Shown: positions 51,664 to 60,648 of the stretch, piece after piece
How the letters are laid out: each line of letters starts with the position of its first letter
Position numbering within the stretch: the stretch's first letter is position 1
Assembly (NCBI RefSeq): GCF_000143415.4
Contig: NW_003314406.1
Location: 1-64,000, forward strand
Reading direction: 5' to 3'
DNA: 64,000 nt
Origin: Selaginella moellendorffii
Lineage: Eukaryota; Plantae; Lycopodiophyta
Position numbers and translations under genes: made by a program
Notes under the pieces: generated by a model
What the model was told of the DNA's origin: nothing
Database searches by the model: none
What the model saw: the letters and a program-made list of their open reading frames with translations, nothing else

Positions 51664-52522
51664 CAAACTGCCACTCGCATAAACTGCCGCTCGCAATGGC
51701 GCTCGCAATACCGCAACCGCTCGTAGACGCATAAACCACAGCCCACAACGCCGCTTACACAAGCAGCGCTCACTGCGCTCAGCGGAACCAAGAACACGGC
51801 GCACAAAAATGATAGACCTAGGAATGAGTTCGAGAATTCAAAAATAACACACGCTTGAACGTCACATCAAATCCTCTGACAAACCAGATTTTATGATTCC
51901 TCTGACAAATTTCAAACTGAGTAGCTTCTAGACTTTGTTGTCGGAGGTTGAACTTTGTCACATCATGTCCTTGCCTCGATCCAGCTGTGCCATGTCAGTG
52001 ATTCAAACTTTGCCATGCCATGTCAGCGATCCGCGCCAAGATTATTTGCCGTGTAAAGGAATAATTATGCTGTGTGTGTACGTCCATTTATGGCAATATA
52101 AGGCCACACGCCATTCAAAGAATAATGCTAGTCGAGCATTTTTTGGTGCATTTTTGGGTTCAAAATTGCATGAGCCCACACGCTATAAAGTTTACCTGTA
52201 CCAAAAATAGAAACAGCTTTATTTACTTGGGAATTTAAGTGGTTGAGGCATTTTTAAACTTACAAACACATGCCTTACTTACATTCCTTTGGTTGCTTAA
52301 AATTCAAAAATATTTTAAACCTTTTTTTTTGCATTTTCAATGTTTTCAATTATGGTTTTTGATTTTCGCAGGACCAGCCTAGTAATCTATTTGCATCCCG
52401 TCATGTTTATAGCTAGCTTTCGTTTGTCCCCTTCGCTAGCCTGAGATACATCTGCTCGGCATCTGCCTCTTACAGCATTTGCCCAGAAAGGGCATCTTTC
52501 TTCACGCAGCATTTGCCACATG

Positions 52523-52548
52523 TTTAGGGTTTAGGGTTTAGGGTTTAG
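52523..52548 (+). promoter_or_regulatory. Interstitial plant telomeric repeat / telo-box cluster (TTTAGGG)3-TTTAG
   Basis: tttagggtttagggtttagggtttag in the divergent intergenic region. A regulatory role is inference. Confidence 0.6.
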
Positions 52549-54203
52549 CAATTCAGTAGCTTGATAAACATGCAAATACAGAACTTGATGCGAAATCCTT
52601 TGATATGTCACAATGCCCCTAGGACCATAAACACATTTCAATAGAGAGGGTCCTTTCATTTCATAACTCTTTACGTAGATCTTGGTGAAACCAGAGTTAG
52701 TGAAGTTAGTTTCTTGTGATCCCGCATCTGATTGTGATGTCCCTTTGCAGTTTCGATGGAAAGGTCAATGCACACCAAACTGTAAAATCTTGGAGCAAAA
52801 TAACGGTTGGATCTATGGCAAATGCCCCTGAAACATTGTAAGGCTCGTGTGGTCTCATGTGGTGTCCGATCGAGATGCTTCTTTGCAGGGTCATCAAGAA
52901 AGACATTGTATACCATTCTGTAAAATCTAGTTGCGATCTAACGGTTGGATCTCCAGAAAACTCAAAAAAATCTCGCGCGTGTCAGAATATCCTAGGAATA
53001 TACTCCTATGTGCCTCTGAAAATGGCATGCGGCCCCACGCCATTCAAGAGATAACACCAGATGACGCCGAGAATTTTTTGGTGCATTTTTTGGGTTCAAA
53101 ATTGCATGAGCCCACACGCTATAAAGTTTATCTTTGCCAAATAGAGAAAAGTTTATCTGTGTCATGTGAGGTAGTTACAGTCCTTTGTGCTCGGCATCTG
53201 CCTCTTGCAGCATTTGCACTGAAAAGGAATTTTTCTCCATTCAGCATTTGGCCCTGAAAATGGCATGCGCCCACACGCCATTCAAGGAATAACGCCACAG
53301 GACGCCTGGATTTTTGGGTTTAAAATGTTTAGACACCATTTTGTGTGCAGGTGCTGGATACAGGGAGCTGGTGCTCATGGGATTGTACTGGACCCTTGTC
53401 TCAACAATTCCTATCCGGTTTTTTGGGTTTTTTCAAAATATTTTAGGTCCAACGTTTTTTGGGTTTCTTTGGTTCAAAATTGCATGAGCCCACATGCTAT
53501 AATATTGATTTGAGAGAAAAATAGAAACAGATAGAATTTCTTTATTTAGCTGAACATCTGCCATTTTTGGAAATACAAGATGGTTTGGAATATCCAATCA
53601 TGCATGGTATAAATATAGCGAGGGTATTAAATGATATCCCAATCATGATCTTTCTTTTGGATTTCGCGTGCATGCAGTCCGAGGAATGATGACGTTGCGG
53701 ATTTCTTTTGGATTTTGCGTGCTTGCATGCGCGCGGCAATCCAGAAATTAATGCTGGCGCCCAAGTCCGAGGAATGATGACATGGCGGGATTACCAACCG
53801 TTGTGACATTTTGCGCGTGTGAGGTTAGGTTTTGCATTTTGCTTCGTACTCGCGCTCGCATCGCGCTCCCACTCGCGATCACGCTCACATTCGCGCTCAT
53901 CTACCTTCTCTACAGGTTTCTCGTGTGCATCGGCGTCCACTCGCGCTTGCATCACACTCGCGCTCGCATCGCGCTCGTGTGCATCGGCGTCCACTTCAAG
54001 ACACACCCAGTTTGTAACTTCGCCGCCAACTCCGCCGCCCACTCCGCCACCCACATGCAGCCCACTTGGCGTCCCGGGAGATTTCAGCGCCACTCTCCAA
54101 TTGTAAGTGGCAGAGTAGCCTTGCTGCTACGATCCGCTGCACACACAGTGCACATTCGCCAGCGAGTCTGGCCTCGATTGTCACGGCCTCCATTCGGCTT
54201 CAA

Positions 54204-57200
54204 ATGGTAAGTCTTTTAGGCCAAGTAGAAAATGGCATGAGGCCACATGCCATTCAGTAGCAACATTGGCATGCACCGATTGGGCTCTCGAGTGCAGTCC
54301 GGTTACAGATGGCGTGTAGCCTCACGCCATCTTAGGATGCAGCCTCAAGACATCTGATGCAGTGGTGAATGGTGTGTGGCCTCACGTTATTTCCAGCTGC
54401 TAGCTTTTCATCTATCAGCTCTAATTGTTGTGCATTTCTGAATAGGCGAGGAATTGCGTTCTTCTTCCAGCCACTGTCAATGTGGATGCAGAGAAGGGGG
54501 AGAAGCTCACCAGTTGGACTTTCGGGATGGAAGGCGAGGATCTGATGCTGTACAACACAGATGGTGGGAGAAAAGAATGCATGGGGATCCTCATCCAAGT
54601 GACAGACACTCCATGCAGTTCCATGCAAGAATATGGACTGGCACTTGTGGTAGAGACAGCGTCCGCCTTCAAGATCCACCTTGCACATCCTAGCGGCTTC
54701 CCGGAGGGGGGCAGCGGCTATGAGGAATTCCTAGAGGGAGCTAGGGAGAGGTTGTCCAGGAGGCCCACAATTTCAAAGACGCTGCAGGTCTATGAAGATC
54801 ACATGGAATCCACGGACCTCACCTACGGCGATGTTCAAAAACTATATTCCAACATTGAGCCGTTGAGAGTGCTTCCAGTTCGCGAAGCGAAGGGGAAGGG
54901 GGTCGATCTGGAAACTACCCCGAAGCAGAAAAGGGTGGTCAAGCTCAAGCCGACGTCCGAGTCTCCTGCTCCAAAAAAGAAGCTACTCGGTGATGCCATT
55001 GCCTCGGGTTCGAACACTACACCCACCAAAAAGAAGAGCCGCAAAGAGCAGAAAGAGCAAGAAGAGGCAGCAAAAATCGTCGCAGATAATAGTACTTGTT
55101 ACTATTCCAACAAAGTATATACAATCGACGTGAGCCGTATCGACATCCAAAGCAAATACAACCACAGGCTAGTATCTGATGAGTGGGTGGAGAAACTGAA
55201 GCAGAAGATGCTGGCAAGTCCAGTAACACCCGACATCGCAGACGTGATCCCCTACTACCGAACAATGAAGGGCGAGACGAGGTTTCCAGACTTGATCAAT
55301 AGGAAGGTGTTGGACGATCAGAACATCCGGTTCTATGCCGTCTCCGGGCAGCATTCTAGCTTGGCGATGCAACAGATAGTTGTGGATATTATGGTGGGCG
55401 AGGAGGTGAAGAAAGTCTTCAAGACAAGAGTTGTCCGCCTGATAAAAGGCAACTCGCCCCTCCGATCTATCATATACATCTCCCACGCGCAAAATGTCAA
55501 GCAAGAAACGTGCTACAAATCAGGTCTGCACGAGACATTGGCACGAACACGGAAGCTCTGGGTTCAACTGAAGAAGCCACAAAAACCAGGACAAGGACGT
55601 GCACTAGCAACTAGCGCCTAGCAGTTAAGCCTCGTTGCATGTGGCATAGCATGTGGCCTCATGCCATTTCCATTGCAGGAATTCTCAAGTCTTCTCTCGA
55701 AAACACTGGGGGTCAATGACACACTCAGCATCCATAACATTCTACTCGCGACAAAAGTTGTTTTTGACAAATGGGTAAATGTGCTGAGGAGGTACCATGA
55801 CGGGGAGTTGCTAAACTCAATGGGTGTGGAGGACGGCCGGAAGCCCAATGATTTGAAGCTCAACGCCTTGCGTTTCTCGCGGTCTCTAGACGACGACGAC
55901 CTTCTGACAGTGGCTAATGCTCTTCTACGTGGTGAGGTAGTCTTCAACAAGACCAAAATGACTCCCGGCCATATTGTGACATACGAGGACTTGTGCACGA
56001 CTCTGAGAGCTCGTGCGCTATTGAAGGATTGGATCTTCGAGCAAGTGGCCGTGGAGAGGGTGAGCATCGACACCACGCAAGAGATGATGGAAGAGCTGGA
56101 CTTGTCAAATGAAGACATCGACGAGTACGTGAAGGGGGCCCCCAAGTTCATTGATCTGCTGCGGGATGCCACGAAAAGTAAAGCTGAGAAGTTGGATCAG
56201 TATCCAAATTTCATTAAGAGGGATCTCGACTGCCGGCTTCAGAAACAGCTCGACCCCGCAGCAGAGGCCTATCAAGAACCTTACCGGGTATACGTGAATT
56301 CGGATGAGGATCAAAGGTGGAGGAGCATCGTTTCCCGCGGAGATGAGCAGGTCAAGAACATCTTTTGTGTGATGGACTTCACAAACGAGGAGATCACTCA
56401 TGCAGACGAAGTCAGCTCCATCATTGACTTAATGGTGGGACTTGCGAAGGTGGAATTTTCAGTCCACTATATGATCTACGACTCCGAATCCTATCACAAG
56501 TTCTGGAAGGCCTTGAACGAGGTGAAGGCTCGGTTGAAAGGCAAGGAGATGCGGGAGATCCATGGGATAATGGCTAAGAAGAAGATACCGACGAATGTCC
56601 GCATCTTCACACTCGCCTTTGTTATTGGTCCTGCAGCAGAGTGGGACTGGAGTGACTTCCCAGCTTCGTTCAACAAGGCCGATCGAATTGATCTGAGGGA
56701 GGTCAATTTACCCGTGCTTGAGGAACTAAAGACGGCTATGGAGCTTTCAAATCCAAAGAAAGCTCCAGGTGCAGCATGGGAAATGCTCAGCTGGGTCTTC
56801 AACGCAATAGCGGGTGACTCCAAGGGCAAATGCGTTGTCGAGTACAACTGCGGCGGACTATTCTTTCGAGCCGCACTACTCAAGGGTGTCCCATGTGTTG
56901 CGGTGACAAACTCCATTGAAGAGGTGACTTCAATGGAGCATATAATTACAGTTGCCAAAGAAAAACAGTATCTTCTCTGCGAACCTGGTGAGTACGCACT
57001 TTAAGTTTAAATGTTATCTCACAAGCTCTGTATGTAGGAGCGTGGCCACCCCCAGATGCTGAAACGGCGTTAACAGCTACTGATGTTAGGCCGAGCTCAC
57101 AACCTGCACAAGGTAAGGTCACGTGAGGCCTCACGCCATTTTGATTATAGATCGTTGTGAATATTCAGACACGAGGACTGAAAAGCGCACTGGTGGCGTG

Positions 57201-59785
57201 TCGAAGAAGGACAAACAGACAAGCAATAGGAAAAAAGGAGGTACAAATTATATTTGCAATGGCATGTGGTCTCATGCCATTCCTTGCAGGAGACACTTCT
57301 TCAAAGGCAAAATAGGCAAGCACCAGCCAAGCTCAAACTGACAGTGGTCATAAAAAGCGAAAGCACGTTGGACAGTCGTCGGGATCAGAGGCGTTTGATT
57401 CGAAAAGGAAGAAGGGCAATGAAAAGATGATAGGTAATGCCTCGCGGTTATGGCGTGTGTGCTCATGCCATTCATTGCAGATCAAGGGTTGAGTGAAAGG
57501 AGCCAGTCACCACCTCCTGACTCAGATTCCTATGGCGGACTCCCCTTCCCCAATCTCAATGGAGAGGTACAATGGATGAGGGATGCTTTTCAAGTCAGGG
57601 CCACGTTTTTCTCATCTCGTCATCTTCGAAGGGTGCAAGAACGTGCAGAAACCATGTTAAGACAGTCGGGTGAGGATACGGTCCTAGGTCAAGCACTAAA
57701 ACAGGCTATGGATGTCTTGTATTTTGAGATGGAGACTCGGCCAGATGATTTTCCCAAGATGGTCCTGGAAAAACAAGCCATCCAGCCTGAGCAGCCTATG
57801 GAAGAAATGCAGGAGGGGGATGAGGAGCCAGAGAAAGATAATGAGCAGGAAGAGTAAAAGGACGAAGAGGAGGACAAAGAAGAGGAGGACGAAGAAGAGG
57901 AGGACGAAGAGGACTTGGATGGTCCTCACAATGGTGATGATCACAATAACGACGATGACAATGATGACGACGATGGCCAGCCTGAGGTGGCCAAAGAGCA
58001 GCGGAGGAAGGTTATACAAGACAAACCATCAGGTAAATAATAGTACATCCATTCCTAACCTTTTACCATTTCTAACATTGTCCATGTAGGTCGCAGAAGA
58101 AATGGTAAGTAGAGATTATTCAGTTGAATTAAGATACTAACTCTAGCCTTTAGTGTCGAGGAAGGATAGTGCCAAGCAAGGGTCGAAACGTATGTCCAAT
58201 CCTTCAGAATCAGCAGTGCGCCCAAGTGATATCGGTCCTAGTTCCTCAATAGCAGTTGATGGTAAATACAGTATAGTCGATTCAATGTGCTAATGAGTTT
58301 GTTTTTAGTAGCCAGTAGGGAGGATACCATCTCAATCGAAGGGAGATATTTGGACATGCATATGGATCTGCCAGTGGACTTTACTTGCCTGCAAGAGTCA
58401 TCAGAGCTGGTGGAGGCTACTATCCATATCAACGCTAAGCAAGCTGACCATGCTCCACTTGATGCTGCCCATACCACTGAGTCAATCTTGTCCACGTATC
58501 CAACTGACGGTGACCAGGCGCCATTGGACCTGCATGAGGCCGCCCCAGCCGCCCCAGCCGCCGAGCCGGTCGTATCCTCATTTCCAACGTGTGCCCAATC
58601 GTCTGGCTACACGCCGTTGGAACCTCCCTACACCGCCTCTGCTGCCTGTTCGGTCATGTCCACTTTGCCAATGGAGGCACCAGCTGAAATGGCGTGTGAT
58701 CACACGCCATCGGAACCACCCTATGCCACTGTTGAGCCAGTTGTACCAGAGTCTACAGCTGAAATGGCATGTGCCCACACGCCATCGGATGCGATTGACC
58801 CCACATTGCAGAGGAGAGTATTTCCGCCCTTCACGTTTCCTCAACCAAAACCCTCTCAACGACCATCGGGAGCACCATTCGCTAATATTGTAGATGGTAA
58901 AATTGACTTGTACCATTTTTTATGCTGACGCATTTCATTTCAGAGTCACGGCGAAGGTACTGTATCGTTTTTTATCTGAACGGTGTCCTTTTCTCCCATG
59001 AGCGTGGCTCGTCCTCGAATGTCACTGCACCCTCCAAAGCCTGCGGTCGCAAGTTGGTCAAAAGAGACAGATTCACATTAATCACACGGGAGAAACTGCG
59101 GGATCTAATAATGACCATGCGACACTTAAAACAGAGGGCCGGGTTCAATTTGCAATTGGGAGTTTGGACATCCATGATGCGCCACAATGCATTAACGTTG
59201 CTACAGATGATGCACGATCAGACGTGAGTAATATTACCATTTGACTTTCTCCTAACGCAGGAGGATTGCTTGACTATGGTCCATGTGAGGGGTAGCAAGC
59301 CCATCTTCGTCAAGCCAGAGGCTGTAGTGATGAACCGGACTGCTAGGTCAAGTGAAATCCTCATCATCGATGACTCGCCGATTAAAACTGCAGCGAACAC
59401 GCACACATATGCAGTGCACCCCATCTCTTGCAGTATGGAAACTAGGGAGAAGAAACCGTATGTTCTGGGGGACCTTGCAAAACGGCTTGAAGTGATGGTG
59501 ATAAAGAACCAACTAGTCCAGGAGGTGGCTGCAGAAATCAACCAAATGGCAGATGGAACGGTATATCAGAAGCCATTTGATCGGACAGACACCAGTCATC
59601 ATTTATGGCATGTATATTGTCTAGCCAAGCACTATCCGCATCTCCATAATCTGCTCAACCGGATGGGTTCTTCGACCACTGAACATGAGCGTGGACGTAT
59701 TAGAGAAGAGATGGCATTACTATTGGGTTTAAATCCTGATAGTGTAGAGAGTGATGAAATTCCAAGATTATTGTATAGGCGTTAG
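54204..59785 (+). pseudogene. Multi-exon transposon accessory gene: ParB/Srx-like + degenerate beta-class DNA MTase-like + acidic region + FCP1/HAD-like domain
   Basis: ATG|gtaagt at 54204. Predicted phase-compatible exons: 54446-55624, 55679-56987, 57038-57112, 57169-57240, 57290-57433, 57481-58032, then further exons to 59785. Premature stops at about 55619, 57338, 57396, 57420, 57855 and 59225. The donor at 55625 reads TT. Domains were recognised from motifs only. Confidence 0.7.
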
Positions 59786-60224
59786 AGGCAAAAAATAACA
59801 GTCTGAGATGGCATGTATTTATTTAAAAATGTAACTTATTATGGCATGGGGTTCCATGCCATTGTATTAATATTAAAAGACAATTCTTTGAGAGGATTTG
59901 CATTATACTAGAAGTGTTACAGCATGTTATTGGAAGTCTACGAAGTTGTTTTATTAATAAGGGGAAAGTAAAGATTGAATGGGGACTTGGGCTCCACCTA
60001 GACTCGGAGCAACTGAGCCAATATTAAAAGGATGGAAAGAAATTGGACGACGATGACAAGGAGAAGAGAGAGGTGAAGCAGTGGCAGGGGGAGGAGAAGT
60101 GATTGAGTAGACATTTCCTTGTTTAAAATAAAATGGCATGTGCCTCAATGTAGTTGAATTTTGTTATATTTATATACTATATAAAGGTTTGGAAACCTTA
60201 TTTTACAAGTGGGATAATGACAAT

Positions 60225-60248
60225 TCCCACTTTAATGAAATAGAGCTT
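60225..60248 (-). repeat. Right terminal inverted repeat
   Basis: tcccactttaatgaaatagagctt, followed by atta. Confidence 0.93.
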
Positions 60249-60619
60249 ATTATAATTAAAGTTTGAACCTGCATAAAATTAACCATACCATTTGTTAACC
60301 ATTTGTTAACTTGTATGGTTATGCTAATTTATGTTAAATATTCTTGAGCAAGCCTGCCTTAGAGGATACTCAAGCATTGTATTATATGCTAGATTATGCT
60401 ATTTCCAGAAATCCTGCCAAGAGAGAAAAAGAAAAACTAACAAAGAATCTGATAATTGACTAACAAAGAGAAAGGTACCGACTACTTGTAGTGATTAACA
60501 TGAGTTGTCACAGAAACTTGTGATCTAGCAACCCTAGAATGCATGGTCAATAGAGATATCTGAAACAAACCCTACATGCTAAAATTACTGCTATTGGCAA
60601 TATATTCAATCACACTCAT

Positions 60620-60648
60620 CTAAGGCACAAGTCCCAGCTTTGCTGGGA
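60620..60648 (-). terminator. Decayed Helitron 3' end (intact hairpin, CTAG lost)
   Basis: TCCCAGC-ttt-GCTGGGA at 60632-60648 is preceded by aaggcacaag, where 43621 has ctagcaaaag. Confidence 0.55.

Larger units (their letters stand above)
46818..60140. repeat. Dispersed 22-bp palindrome family ATGGCRTG-N6-CAYGCCAT (~27 copies)
   Basis: Copies start at 46818, 47134, 47223, 47821, 47981, 48127, 49469, 49526, 51372, 51442, 51478, ~52090, 52165, 53022, 53101, 53260, 53479, 54232, 54309, 54369, 55646, 57118, 57259, 57450, 58689, 58764 and 59841. Half sites occur near 47640, 59808 and 60133. Confidence 0.93.
46592..60248. mobile_element. 13.7-kb TIR DNA transposon, Sola-like, with transposase and large accessory gene
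   Basis: TIRs AAGCTCTATTTC(G/A)TTAAAGTGGGA at 46592-46615 and 60225-60248 (24 bp, 1 mismatch). TSD ATTA at 46588-46591 and 60249-60252. Internal DDD transposase. Boundaries are certain; the superfamily assignment is by motif recall. Confidence 0.9.

Noticed and set aside
52523-52548. Chromosome end or telomere-healing site
   Set aside because: Only ~3.7 units, and internal to a TIR-bounded element.
56290-56987. Active DNA methyltransferase
   Set aside because: No DPPY/SPPY/NPPY motif and only a degenerate FxGxG. At most a pseudo-enzyme in this copy.
59224-59260. 37-nt GT..AG intron removing the stop in the FCP1-like domain
   Set aside because: Splicing it shifts the frame into a stop, and the unspliced sequence encodes the expected PFDFLLTQEDC motif. 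A point mutation is more likely.
46818-60140. 22-bp palindromes as a CRISPR array
   Set aside because: Spacing is irregular (tens to thousands of bp), the cores vary, copies lie in introns and exons, there are no cas genes, and the context is eukaryotic.
46592-60248. CACTA/En-Spm or Mutator classification
   Set aside because: The termini are not CACTA, and the TSD is 4 bp rather than 3 or 9-11. The catalytic motifs fit a Sola-like DDD enzyme.
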